64,000 bases of DNA from the human T2T-CHM13v2.0 reference genome, Homo sapiens. Below are positions 45,850-62,127 of the stretch, piece after piece. The DNA is taken from NCBI RefSeq assembly GCF_009914755.1, contig NC_060927.1; one strand, 5' to 3'. Under the pieces are notes generated by a model, which was given only the letters and a program-made list of their open reading frames with translations, was not told where the DNA came from and did no database searches. The stretch's first letter is position 1, and each line of letters begins with the position of its first letter. The translations under genes were made by a program, and so were the position numbers.

Positions 45850-47700
45850 AAGAAGAAGCCGACAGGATTGACTTTATAAAAACTAAACAACTGTGTATAA
45901 TACCAAACACCATAACTAAACCAAAAAGACAAATGACAAAATGGAAAAAATGTTTGCAATATATAATAATAAAAGCATCAATAGTCTTAAAATATAAAGA
46001 ACTCTTATAAATAAGAAAAAGATATCAAATAGAAAAATGGACAAAGGGCATGAAGAGACAAGTCACTATATATCTGTATCTTACTACATCCATATATAGA
46101 TATATATACAGTCATGCATTGCTGAATAATGGGGATTTGTTCTGAGAAATAGGTGATTTTGTTGTGTAAACACTGTAGAGTGTACTTACACAAACCAGGA
46201 TGGTATAGTCTACTGCATCTAGGCTATATGGTATAGCCTATTGCCCCTAGTCTACCAACCAGGGCAGGATGTTACTATACGGAATACTGTAGGCAACTGT
46301 AACACATGGGAAGTATTTGCATATCTAAACATAGAAAAGGTACAGTAAAAACAGTATACAAGATAAAAAATGGTACACCTGTATGGGGGCACTTACCATG
46401 AATGGCACTTGCAGGACTGGAAGTTGCTCTAGATGAGTGAATGTGAAGGCCTAGGACATTATTATATACTAGTGCAGACTTCATAGACATTGTATACTTA
46501 GGCCACACTAAATTTATTAGAATTTTTTTTCTTCAGTGATGAATTAATCCTAGCTTACTGTAACTTTCTATTTTATAAACTTTTAAATTATTAACTTTTT
46601 GACTCTTTTATAAAGTAACAGCTTAAAACACAAACATTGCACAGCTGTACAAAAATATTTTCCTTCTTTATATACTTATTCCATAAGCTTTTTTTTCCTG
46701 TTTTTAAAGAGGTTGTTTTTTAAAAAAATTTTAAAACACATTTTTGTTAAAAACTAAGATACAAACACACATATTAGCCAAGGACTACACAGGGTCAAGA
46801 TCATCAAGAAGTCACTAAGCAAGAGGAACTTTTTGGCTCCATTATAATCTTATGGGACCACCACTGTGTATGTGGTCAGTCATTCGCCAAAACATTGCTA
46901 TGTGGTGCACAAGTGTATATTCAATATAAAAATGTTTAACCTTACTAGTAATCAAAGAGATACAAATGTTGAAGCAATAATAAGATGAAAATAGAACATG
47001 CATTCCATTTTTAGGTATTATCCTAAGTAAAGCATTATGGATATGTGCAGATTTAGCTACTAGGATGTTCACTGAAGCATTGTTCACAATGGCGGCAAAC
47101 TGGAAACAACTTAAATTCCAGTAATACAGGAGCTAAACAAATTCCAGCTTATGGTTCATTACAGAGTATCATGTAGCCATTACAAAATGGTGGCACAGAA
47201 TACTAGTCCTTAGACAGGGGATATGTATTACGTCCACTTGCGGAACTTAAAAAAAAAGAGCTGCCCCACACCCAAAAATTCTGTTTTAGTAGATGTGATT
47301 CTGAGGTATACTCTCAGTTGAGAACTACTATTGCAGAAGTGTATGTAATGACAGAAAATGCTCATGTTATATTGTGAAAACGTAATTTTTTTTTTAGAAG
47401 AACAGTAAGTATTAGTATTAAGAAGGAAAAAAAAACATGGCCTTCCTTTTCCTGAATTTTGGCAGACGAGTTCCTCAATGGCCTGACTAAAGAAAATTTA
47501 AAAGCTAAATAAAATATTAAGAGATAAATTTGCATATGCTTAAAGACTAGATGGCTATACTTTAACATGTTATTAGTGATTATCTATAGATGACAGAATT
47601 ATAGGAGTTTTTCTCTGTGATCTTCTATCAAATTGCTACAATTAGTACATATGACTTTTCTTATTAGAAAAAGAAAAATTTTAAATTTCCCCTCTTGTAA
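45850..47700 (+). mobile_element. L1ME-type 3' fragments
   Basis: Highly decayed L1 3' motifs (aaaagacaaatgacaaaatggaaaaaatgtttgcaa; ggatgttcactgaagcattgttc). Confidence 0.6.
46109..46915. mobile_element. Tigger3b/MER7-type non-autonomous DNA transposon with both ends
   Basis: TA|cagtcatgc ... gtgcacaagtg|TA; degenerate terminal inverted repeats. Confidence 0.85.
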
Positions 47701-48045
47701 GTCACAAACTCATTTAGAAAGGAAATGTCTGATGATCAAAAAGGGGAGTTCAAGAGTTATAGACAGTGCTTTACCTGTCTTTTCCTAAACGAATATTTTA
47801 CTTAGTTGTTTTAAATGCCCTTTCGATATTAAATCCCTACTAACTTCCAATGATGCCAAAGTTTATATATGATTATAAAAAGAAGATTCAATTCAAGGAA
47901 ATAAACACTGCCTGAAAGGTAGTGCATTGAGGCAGCTCTAATCTTCTGATAGCCTAGACAAAGCAATCTGACAATGACTGACATACCAGCTATAAAAGCA
48001 CAAACCTCAAATGCAAGTGTTTACTAAGCAGGAAAAACAACGTAC

Positions 48046-48295
48046 CTGTCCATTTTTTACTGGTGGACCCACCATGGCTGTTGCCTCCTCAGGTAGACTG
48101 ATGCCTGATAACCCATTGGCACTGAGTTTCCCCAGTGATGCTGCCTGCAGCAGTGCATCCATCTTCTTCCTAGTTTCCTCTTTTGTGAGAGCCAGCTCTC
48201 TCTTCAGGAGCTCGGCGCCATGCCAATGCTGCCATTCTGTAAAGCAGTGTCGGAGAACTTGTTTCCGGTTATACTCAGTGGCCAGTTGTTGTTTT
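48046..48295 (-). CDS. CCDC191: CCDC191 coding exon (KQQLATEY...VKNGQ)
   Basis: ttgcttag|A AAA ... CAG|gtacgt; 250 nt, phase 2 to 0. Confidence 0.93.
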
Positions 48296-49496
48296 CTAAG
48301 CAACAAAGCACTTCCATTAAAATAAAGAAGCCATTTACAGTTTGTTAATTGATAATATAAATGAAACATAAGTCCAAAAGGGTTCTAGAAATGCTCCATC
48401 TTAGCTCTCGCTTAACATTTTATATTAAGCTAAATGAAATTGCTTTATAAATTCCCCAGTGCAAAGGATCTCCTCATAGAAGGTGTCAGCACTTCAACAG
48501 ATTACCTTCAAGAAGAAAGAGGAACTGTTCTGTTCTCATGTCACAAGGGCATGTTACATGTTTTTGATTACCATAGTTTCTGAAAGCTTTTGGAGGGGAA
48601 AGAGCAAAAAGAAGAGGTACACAAGTAATGACTTTAAAAAGATGAATGCATGAGGGAGACAGAGGTTCAGCTATGCACGAAAATTTTAAAAAGACAGGTT
48701 TAGGAGAAAGAGAAAGCAACAAAATTATAACACTTAACAAGTTAAATTGTCAATAATTTAAGTAAAAGGCTTACAAAAATCAAAGTAACACTGAGGGTTG
48801 ATCTTGTGAAAGAAGAACTGGTCAGGGAAAGGACTGCTAAAGAGAAGGACTCATTTACCAAACCCTTGAACTGAATGCATGTCTGCCCCAAGAAGGTACT
48901 TGCTAAGCACTAGATGTGTAAAGGGCAAAGGCAAGGCCCCTGGTCTCATGGAACTCATTTATTTTCTACACCTTCCTAAGGAAGAGCTCACTTTGATTCC
49001 TGGAAACTTTATAAATGTTAGGGAATATGACTGAGGGGAGGTTGGGATGTGGTGTTACTGCCAGCCACATTTTCTTCCCAATGGGAATCTGCATTAGGAG
49101 ATTTGGTGGCAGTCAGTTGAGAATTCAAACATAGAGGTCTGAGATCTATCTATAAGTGAATGGTTATTATCCTGAAGAACTTAGCTGTGAGTGTGGAACT
49201 TATTATGTAGTATCAGGGATCAGCTTTGAGGTTCAAAATATACTGTTTAGACACACACTGGATTGTATCTTGGAAAGGTGACTCATATAAGTTCTCCATA
49301 TCCATTTCTGTTAAACATACATAATGCTTAAGTCTCCTCATGGACTCTTTGGGGTCATATCAAGCAAATCATAAAGTTCTTAACTCAGTGAGTCAGGAGA
49401 CCATTTCTACAGTTCTTAAATGTTTATACGACTTTTAAACCTTTTTTTGACTGCAACCTACAGTAAGAAAAAATGTCACATTGTGACTCAATATAC

Positions 49497-49517
49497 GTGT
49501 GTGTGTGTGTGTGTGTA
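49497..49517. repeat. (GT)n microsatellite in a probable hAT-Charlie remnant
   Basis: About 10 GT units. Confidence 0.8.
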
Positions 49518-50241
49518 AAAGTTTCACCAAATAATATTTACCCTTACCACAAGAGATATACTCTGATATTTCTAATCTATTCTATATTTCTTTTAAAAAT
49601 AAGCAACCCTGCTAACAGCATATTTCATTATATTTAATTGTTTCCTTCTAATGCATTGATAGGTACTCAATAAATATTTAGAAATTCACTCACTGATGGT
49701 TTTTGTAATAAAAGTATAATATAGGTGGTAATAAACATTTATGTATGTTTTACTTTTATGAAAACAAATATCTGAGACTGAATAATCTTGAAATAAAAAT
49801 TTTAGAAGAAATAACAATAAATCAGATAGCAACACAGGTAAGAACAAAGCTCTAAAAATCAGTGTATAAATAGTGAACAAAAAAACCCTGTAACACTTTA
49901 TTCAAGTGAGTAAAAATCATAAATTTCTACAGGATAGAAGATGTACATTGCTGTGTCTGATTAATGTGAAATTCAATTTCCATCAATCTGCTCTGGAAGG
50001 AGGAGTGTGAAATTTACCTGATGTATTAATTTCCTGTTTTTACAGCACAAACAGCCAAAAGCAGCACTGGGGTTTTGACTGTCAAGGAGATTATTTGGAC
50101 ATTATGAAAAGGCAAAGAGAGAAACACTTCTGTAACTATAACAAGACTAAAAAAGTAAGAAAATGAGTAAAAAAATGCATGTTCAATATAGGGCTTAAAG
50201 CCCACTCTATAATGGTTGTGCGGGGATATGAAAATGTAGTT

Positions 50242-50641
<400 letters not shown>

Positions 50642-51947
50642 CTACTGTTTTCTTGTAGCTCACTTCAGCAGAGTGACAATGTTGCATATAAGCCAATTTC
50701 TATACTTTCTAAAAGATAACACTAAAACATAAATATTTCTAAAAGCGAAAAATCACTTAAATTTCTTAAACCTTAGTCAGATGCAACTTACTTTGGTATG
50801 CTCACCTAAAGAAATGGTTTCAGACATAGGTGCCAGATAATCATAAATGGAAGGGCAGAGTTCCCTTATGAAAAATAGCCTATCCCAATTTCCTTGCAAT
50901 CTGAAATCAGGGAATTTCTAGCCAGAGTATATAAATTGATCATCACAATGATATATAACTGCATGCAGAGAAAGGCAGGCTCTGCTCATCTAAGAATATA
51001 AAATACAAAAGGTTTGAATAGGAATTTAAGTATGAACCTTGCTGCCCAGGATGAACACTCAATGATACTGGGTGACTGGTGCATGTTTTGGAACTTACAA
51101 GTCAGAAGAAGAATGCTAACTAGACATGGGACACTGGGACAGCAACTGAGTTTCTAAGCCCCAGATTCATCCTCAAAAACAGTGTCAGTAAGCCCTATTA
51201 TGCTGCCTATCCTACAAGAGTTTTTTTCCTGAGAATCTAATTCAATTTAAAACAACCCTGAAAATATAGAACAAAATTCACATGTAAGGTAATACCCACT
51301 GTCTTAGGACAAGACTACTAGATATCTGCAAAGTGTCTTGAACGTTTTAAAAGCAAATGAAAAATGATACATAATCACAAGCTGGTGATCTGATTGAGTG
51401 CTGTAATCTGATGCAGAACATAAAAAAGCAGTGACATGAACAGTTACATTTGGGATGAGCAGGTTTAGCTGGAATAGGAATGAATAAGCTCATGCATTCA
51501 ATAATGTGCCAGGTACCCCCAGGGACAAAATGGAAGATAAAAACTGTTTTAAAAAGTTTTAAAGTTTTAAAGCGAGCCAGGCTATGAAAGCCTTGTCCTC
51601 TGCCTGTGTGACAGAGAGATCAGGAGTTTACCAGGTGAAGATACCATGCGGCTTCTGGCTGCTCACCTGCATACCCACGTGAGCAGAGGGAAGGACAATT
51701 GAACATGATTAACAGGCACACTCCGTAAATGATTTCCAAAAGAACACTGAAATCCAGAGTACTGGAAATGAGAATATCTGACGGCCTATTTTCAATTCAG
51801 CCTCACTTCTCCTCCCCACCTCCAGGTGAGCCTGGCGGGTTCACCCTGACCTGTTCCTACGCAAGACTGCCTATGTACTAGTTTACTAGTTCTTATCCAA
51901 ATTAAAAAATGCCCTTTTCTACTTAGCCACATTCTGCCTCTTTCAGA

Positions 51948-52055
51948 AGGTGGGTCCCATGAATTTCTATTTCTAGAAAGCTCCCCAGGGGATCATAATG
52001 GAGGTGGGACCCATGAATTTCTATTTCTAGAAAGCTCTCCAGGGAATCATAATGA
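51948..52055 (+). repeat. 54-bp tandem duplication (about 4 differences), MER5-like core
   Basis: aggtggg(t/a)cccatgaatttctatttctagaaagctc... present twice. Confidence 0.9.
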
Positions 52056-52674
52056 AGGATGTCATTCATGTCACTCCTAAGTATTTATCTTATGGTGTCT
52101 TCTGTTGCAATTGTGTTAAATATTTGGGTACAATTTTAACTTCCCCATTTAGATAAAAAACTCCTAGAAGGCAATAATGTTTAATATTTTTGTTCCCCCA
52201 TCCTATCCCCAGGACTTAGGAGAGGATCTAGTATACAGTAAACATCAGTAAAGCTGGTTGACTGAATGAATTTATCCCAATCAAACAGTATGAACGAATG
52301 AATGACCAAACGAATGAGATGGTCTGAAGAATGCCAAAGGGCCAGTTTTTTTCACTGGCCTGCCACAGTACCCTCAAATCTCTGTCACTCCCACTTTGGG
52401 CACTGTTTCCAGACAGTGCCTGTTAAAATAAAAAAAAAATGTCCCGGGAGGGATAACATATCAAGTGAGAATTACAGTAACAAAGAACGAAGGGCTTGAG
52501 GGACAAAGGGAAGAGGTAAAAGCATGTTCCAGGAAAGGCCCAGAGCACTGGTGCAAGAGAAGGCAGGATTAAAGACTGTGGAGGTTAATACAGAGAAGGG
52601 CAGAGATGCGGCCCAGGAAAGAATTGAGAAATCTGGGAAGCAGGGCTCAGGAAGGACTGGCAGAAGATTTTTCT

Positions 52675-52772
52675 AAAATTTTTATTTTAATTTATCCATA
52701 GTTATTGGGGTAGAGGTGGTATTCACTTACATGAGTAAGTTTTTAAGTAGTGATTTATGAGATTTTGGTGCA
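52675..52772 (-). mobile_element. Short L1PB-type 3' tip
   Basis: Reverse complement resembles the L1PB 3' end at 27780-27880. Confidence 0.7.
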
Positions 52773-54963
52773 GATGTTGAAAACAAACCATGTTTCTTCC
52801 CAATTTTGTCTGGGGCTAGCTGTAAATGCAGACAGAAAGGGGGAGAGGAGGAATGGAAGATCTGGAACCAACTTTCAAAAATGAACACACTAAGGAAATT
52901 GAATATACAGTTCAAATTTCAATACCACCATGTCAAATGGTCTAATTTAGTGTGTATACTAGAATTTTGTTGTATTACTAAATGAATCCTCAGGGTTTGG
53001 AAATATTTGTTCATGTTGAAGCTGCATCACAATATTGTAAGGACATTTTGTAACATTATTGCCATAACTTCTTTTAAAATAATAAACATGAACAAAAACA
53101 GAGTAACCACAATTCCTATTAGGAAAAGCAAGATGCATTTTTAGAAGAAATAAGTGGATGACTCCTTGGACTGCAAGTGAGACTCAGCACAGGCTCAACA
53201 AGGAAAGATGGTTGCTAAATTACGAATAAAAAGAGAGAGATTTGTGGTTGCTTCAGAGAGAAAGTGGGAAGAACAGAAAGAAAAGGGGCAAAAGAAAAAA
53301 GCCCACAAGTCTGGGCCCTTCATGGCGGACAGGCCAGTGAGCGGAAATCGAGGTGGCAAACACACACGTCAGCGAGGGGAGCTAGAGGATGAGGAAAACA
53401 ACTGACATTTAAATAACGAACATAATAAGTAATTTCAATGTCCAGGTGAGTGAACCACAGAATTACCTGTGTTTTGTCAATCTGGTCAGAGCTAAGTTTC
53501 TATAGTGAGTAACCACGATAATAAATGCTCTCTCCTATCCCTGAGCTGTCTATTTAGAAAGAATGCTTCAAAACCCTATCAAGTTAAATTGCAGGAGAGG
53601 AAGCAACTGAGTTCTTCATTTGTTCCCTGACTTGCTTATTATTCAACAAGTATGGATTTGGTGTCCATTGAGGCTGCTCTTTGCTTTGTGACCTTGAGTC
53701 ATTTACTGTCTCTGGGCCTTACTTTTATCATCTGTAAAATGAGGGGCTGGATCAGATGATCCTTGAGGTGCCTTCCTGCTCTGGGATTTTTTTTGCTCTA
53801 AAGCTTTATAGTAAAAAATTATTGTAAGTTAAATGTTTTCTAACTCTGGCAGTTAAAAAATGTTTAGTATCCATTCTAAACATTTAAAAATAGTCACCTG
53901 AAAATAATTCACAGATACAAGAAAAAGTTCTGAGAAGATCTTTTTTAAAAAATTGGCACATTATGCTATTATGAAATCCCTATTTAGTGCTTTTATATTT
54001 AAAGTTTAATTGGAACGGAATCTTAAATTTTCCAGATTCTCCTTATACAAGTTTCTTCTAGCATGTAAATCTCATAGGCCACTTTTAACTTCAACATCCA
54101 AGTGTCCACTCATTTTATGCCTGCACTCACATTGCATCCACTTTACAACCTGTTTCCCTTCTTTATCCAACAAATCCTGCCAGCTATTCCTTTCTGAGTA
54201 AGCTATCATCCTAATTCCTTGTATCAATCACTAGGTCCTGAGATTTTAGAAACAAACTATGGGAGAGTTTTCTGTGTTGGCCTCTATTTTTTTCACCAAA
54301 GATTTCTCCCAGCATATCATAGGAAAGGGAGATTGACTAGGTCACCCTCCTGCTTAAAAAACCTTCAAGGATTCACTTTTTTTTTTTTTTTTTTTAACCA
54401 AAGACTACCTTAACTCCATGTCCTGGCATTCAAGGCCATTCAGAAGTTGACGTACTTGACAACCACATGCTTGATAATCTCCAGCCAATCCAGATGGCTA
54501 TGCTTCATGCCATCATCCCAGTCTCCCCATCTCTACCTAGGAACATCCTATTGACCATGAAAAGCTCAGATCAAGGCCCATCTTCTTGATAATGCCTTTC
54601 CTGGCACTCTTTAGGAATCTCCTTAGCCACAGCTACACATTCTTGCCACGTTCTCAGCAGCAGATGGAGATGTATTATTCAGTTTACAATACTCCTCAAC
54701 ACCTGTACAGTCTCTAGATGTTGTTTTGCCCATTCAACTGTGAGTTCTTTGAGGACAAGGGGCCATGCACCAGTCTCCAGGCCTGATGCTATCACAGGAT
54801 TGCACAACTTTAAGAGGCACCATGCCCTTCTATGTAACAATACTGACATTTATCATTCATGTGATTTTTCATCCTGAATGAATGACAGAACTGCCAGTAG
54901 AGAAGTGATTACTTATAAAAACATGAATTTCTCCCCAACCCCTAAGTAAACAAATGGTTCCTT

Positions 54964-55156
54964 CACATGGACACAGAGAGGGGAACAGCACACACCAGGG
55001 CCTGTTGAGGGGTGGAGGATGAGGGGAGGAAACTTAGAGGATGGGTCAATAGGTGCAGCAAACCACCATGGCATACGTATACCTATATAACAAACCTGCA
55101 CGTTCTGCACATCATTTATCACTTTTTTTTAGAATAAATAAAGAAAAACAAACAAC
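54964..55156 (+). mobile_element. Short L1PA 3' insertion
   Basis: cacatggacacag...aacaaacctgcacgttctgcac; 13-bp TSD caaatggttcctt. Confidence 0.88.
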
Positions 55157-55597
55157 CAAATGGTTCCTTTTACATCTGTGATTTTGATTCAAGAATGCAA
55201 ACTTGAACTTGTAAATAATAATAAGAAAATTATTTGATTTTAAGATGATGGAATAAAGAAAGCCTCATTTGAAGGCAGAATTCTGTGTCATTCACAAACA
55301 TAAGAAGGAGCTGTTATAAAGGTGTCAAAAAACCTCTAAATAAGGTGTGGAACAAAAGATGGTAGAGTGGGAGGAATCACTTTGGCAGGTTGGCCCTCCC
55401 AGATGGATGTGCTCTGTGTCCTTAATTAACATTTTATGTGCAGACAGTGATTTCTATGAATGAGAATTATTGGCATATAAGCCAAACACCCTCTTTTGAA
55501 TTGTAAGATGGTCCAGGGTACAATGCTACTACACCAGAACACAAGGGAAAATCCTAATACTTGCTTCCATTAAAGAAAGAAGATCATGTACAATGTA

Positions 55598-55748
55598 TAT
55601 TTTATTTTATTTTATTTTATTTTATTTTATTGGAGACAGGATCTCACTATGTTCCCCAGGCTGGTCTTGAACTCCTAGGCTCGAGTGATCCTTCTGCCTT
55701 AGCCTTCTGAGTAGCTGGAATTACAGGCACACCCCACTGCTCCCGGCT
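55598..55748 (-). mobile_element. FLAM-like Alu monomer with (TTTTA)n tail
   Basis: Single reverse monomer. Confidence 0.8.
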
Positions 55749-55951
55749 AGCACATTTAAATAATTTTGTTTACTTATAATTTTCAGTAAAATTTTCTAGT
55801 TTGAGATGTAACATAGAAAAACTGTGATTACCATATTTCATAAGTGGTTAAGATTATTCTAGTTGGCATGTGTAAAGTTTATTTGTGGATTCTTCAGGAG
55901 GGAAATATCCTAGATAAACATACTAGATTTTCACAATACAAATAATGATAC

Positions 55952-56142
55952 CTGTTTTCTTCCCTAAGATCATTTTCCAAGGCTTGAGTCTCCCGCTCCA
56001 ACTTCTGGAATCTTGTGTAGTCTCTCCAGGCCCGCAGGACCTTCAGCTGAATCTTCCAGTCAGACAGGGTCCCAGCTTTCCCCAGCTTAATCCTATGATC
56101 AAGAATCAGCTTGTGCCAGGCAGCGAAATACCGTTTTTGACA
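55952..56142 (-). CDS. CCDC191: CCDC191 coding exon (CQKRYFAAW...REENR), the most 5' exon found in the window
   Basis: ttccgctgcag|TGT ... AACAG|gtatca; 191 nt, phase 0 to 2. Confidence 0.93.
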
Positions 56143-56943
56143 CTGCAGCGGAAATATTAGGAAAATCACCACCCATCAGCGCTAGTGTTTCTAATATCTA
56201 ACACTGACAGCCCTCTCCTCAGATTTTCCCCTCACACTTTTAAAAACAAATACAGGAACTGTTGTCTTAATGGAAAGGAAGAGACAAAGCACAATTCCTT
56301 TATGCTAATAATGACAAGGAATATTCAATCATGCAAATGAGGCATTCTCAGCCTCACAACTTAAACTAAAATACTTCATTGTCATTGTAAGCCACCAGTC
56401 CCATGGGGAGCTGGAATAAGTCACATCTATGACATGAACCAAGGGGCTTGTTTGAGAAGCTTGAAAACTTGTTTCCAACATGACTCCCCCTGCCAGGTGT
56501 CTTGGAGCTCAAAATACCAACCATTTAATTCACTACCGTTTCTGACACACTAGTGTCCACACAAGTGAACGGGGGAGATTCCATGAAGATAGGATGGAGT
56601 CTCTGGTCCCTGAGAATAAGACAGCTATAAACAACAAAATCAGCTGGGCTACTACCACTGACCACTTTAGGGCTTTGGTGAGTCTAGAAAGACTAGATGT
56701 TCAGGCTGCCTATAATCTTCCACTACATGCACTTGACAGCAAATTAGACAAGGTCTACTGATCCTAAGGATGTCCCCAAAGCAGTACTTAACTCATGATC
56801 CTAGTCTAAGAAAATCACTGAGACCTAGTCCTTGCTTATATCTTCTCTCTTTTCAGCAAACTTTACATTCCTTCTAGATCAAATTACTTTCAGCTTTTGG
56901 CCTTGACACCAACCATGCCATTTCATAGTTTCCTATGTTCATA

Positions 56944-57024
56944 TTACGTTGGTGCAAAAGTAATTGCGGTTTTTGCCATTGCTTTTCATAACCAAAAACT
57001 GCAGTAACTTTTGCACCAACCTAA
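56944..57024. mobile_element. MADE1 (Hsmar1-derived MITE), inserted in an L2 remnant
   Basis: ttacgttggtgcaaaagtaattgcggtttttg ... acttttgcaccaacctaa; palindromic; TA TSDs. Confidence 0.95.
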
Positions 57025-60000
57025 TATTAATTTCTCTGTCCCTCTTTTCTGCCTTCTTTCTGCCTAACTACAGTAGTCACCTCTCTCAGGAAGCCCTCCT
57101 GTTACCAATCCCTCTACCCAAATGTAACTGCCCATCCACTGTGTTCCTATAACAATCTATGCTTTCTTCAGCCAAAACACCCAACACACTATATTGTAAT
57201 CACCAGTTTACTTTTCTCCCCTAGACTGTGAGCCTCCTGAGAGAAGGGAATAGGTCTCATAAATGGGAATGGTAAATCTGACAGTGGCACTGAGTGTGGG
57301 GAGCATTAAAACAAAAACTAACCTCATAGAAAGTGACTTTGTGGGAAGTATGGGGGATTTGCCAGTTTCAAGGATTTGCCTGATTTATCAGGCAAATATT
57401 TACTGCTTCTTTCTCTATAAAAATACTTAACTTTCTTCATTTCAGCATTTGCTAAGCAACCATCACTGTGTTTCAATTTGGGGACTCTGCACAAAATTGT
57501 TTGATATGACCTCTACTTCTAAGAGGTTATAGGGAAAGAGGATGTATCAATGAAAAGACCAATAACATAAGAGAGCATCTACTAGAATTCTTAGAAATTG
57601 TCTATTTGGCCAGAAATGTTTTCCAAACAGGGTATTAGTTTATATTCTTGTTTAGACAAACTAAACAATATTCTTCATTATAATTTCTCATTAGGAGAAA
57701 CCATGGCAAACTTTAAAAAGCCCTCTCCATATGTCAAATAAGGCACATGTCCTAGACCTTCACCTTAGATCTTTTGGAGAGGATGAAAGGGAGGAAGGGA
57801 GAGAGGAAGGAAAGGAGATTTGCTGAATACTGGATACTCTTTCAGTTGTAATAGGGAGAAGAGATACAGCTGGCCAGGTTGAGGGGTATGCCTTTTGCAT
57901 CATTTGTTTACCTGTTCCACAAAATACAGCATGAAAAAAATGGTGTTAACTTGTGTGCCATGGTTGAAAGAAAATGTTCTGTGTCTGTTTACCAAATCCC
58001 CTTAAGAGATTCCTCTTGAATGACTTGGTAAAATATTCTATGTGTAGCTATCTCTAATTTTAACTTCAGGATTATTTCAAATGATGAAATAGAACAAACA
58101 TAATCCATCTTGATAATAATAACACTATTAATAGTATCCTTTGATTCTGACAATCCTTTTCTTTGTAAAGTTCAAAGCATCTTACGTGTACTATTTTTAT
58201 TAATTTGTAAACCATCACTATAAAATAAAGATTGTAGATATTATTATGATTTACTTCACCAAGCTAAAACTTCAAGTAGAGAAAGGTTTAATGACTAAAA
58301 TCACAAGTAAAGAGTTAGTGTTACACCTAAGGCTGAAACTGAAACATTCCAGCATCCTGATGACTCTAATCTATTAGGCAAAAACATCTCTCCTGAAAAA
58401 GAAAGGCACATTTTTTGCTGCTTTCATAGTGAAAGAAAACTGTATACATAACTTACCGTGGTAGAAAAGCATTGGTTAGGAACATATCTGAATGTAGGAG
58501 GGGAAATTTTGAGTTTATAAATTCTATAGTCAATATGTTTCTTTAAAAATACTTATGTTGAGACTTTGAGACCAAAATGATCAGTTTTAAAGGCCTATAA
58601 TTCAGGTTCACCACACAGAAGCTAACAAGAGCAAAGTGACAAACCTGTATGGCAACTACTTTCTTGAAATTGACTTGCTATTGGTTTTTTCCCTGCCTGC
58701 TCAAAAAAACCAATCCCATTAAAATTTAAATTAAAAAAAAAAGTGTGAATCAAGAATAGCTGCTTAGTTATTCTTGATTCATAGCAAACATTATCCAGGT
58801 ATACAGGAGTCCCATAAATGTGTTCGAAGAAAATATTTGGGAAAGGAATATACTCAGTTCCGTCTTCTCTGGAAAAAGTTGCTAGTTCTGTTTTTATTTA
58901 GAAGGGTGGCATACTTCCACAGACCTGAACTATTTATTCTTTCTATTCCTCCCTCCCCCCAGCTTACTTCCTGATGCTCCCAGGCCTGCTTCTCCTCGTT
59001 ACTTTTCTATACTTTGGAACTACAATAGTGCTCTATCCCTTTGCTTTTTAAAACAAGATGTATGATTTAAAACCACAACTGGGTTGTTCTGTTTAAGCCA
59101 GGAGAACTTAAGTTTTAACTAGCCAGGTAACTAGTCTGATTTCCCTCCATTTATTTCCTAGTTCATTTATTTTTGTACCATGTTTTTATTTCTGTTAGAT
59201 TTTCAAATATAGTCAGGCACTCTTTTCCTAACTTCCATCATCTCTTTATCATAGTTGTGGTAATAATTAAGGCTTGATATAGGTAAATAAAATACAGAAA
59301 GTCACTGAAGGAAGAACTGTTCCTAAGTACCTATCTATAATAATTTCTAAAATAAAATACTACCTGGTGAAATTTAGAAACTTTTAAAGTGAAATGGTGT
59401 CCTCCCCACAAAATCTTCCACAATACATCATTTGGTTGTTAAGGATTCCACTGAAGAGAAGAAATGACAGCTCGCTCTGCTAAATTTATTACCTGCACTG
59501 GAGTTGCCCTCGTTCTGTTAGCCAGAAAAGCTCTTCCCTGAAGTGTAATCACACTACTGTCACTAGGAATGATTGACGTTAGGTGGAACAGCAATTTGCT
59601 ATCTAATCTTCATTGTAATTCTAACCCTGTCACTAGAGATGCTTGTTCTGATTAATGAAGTGGGTAACTCATCAAAATTCCTCAGCTATTTCTCTTTTGT
59701 CAGAAAGCTCAGTGATAATTGCATCAAAATTCTCCGTCATGGAAAAATAAACAATGAATTGTTAAGAGGACAAAAATGTCAACAAGTTTACAATTTATTT
59801 TTGCTGAATGGAACTAACTTTGGTGCAACTAATGGTCTAGGGAAGTTGGCAAAGGCTGGAATGTCAGGAAGAAAGCTACATTCTACACCCAGGCCCCTAA
59901 GTGACTCCTTGCTGTTCTCAGGCCAAAAGAAGAGAAACTCTATTGCTACAAAAGGGAGCAATCCTCAACTTCTCTTTTCCTTTGTGGGCTACTGTGGCTG

Positions 60001-60061
60001 GGCAGGAGACCCCACAGATGCTATGAAGTCCCTGGGGATTAGAGAGGTAGTTTTAAGTTGA

Positions 60062-62127
<2,066 letters not shown>

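Noticed and set aside
59573-60061. 162-aa ORF as a novel gene
   Set aside because: TTG start, no recognisable domain, no promoter or splice support; a length reachable by chance.
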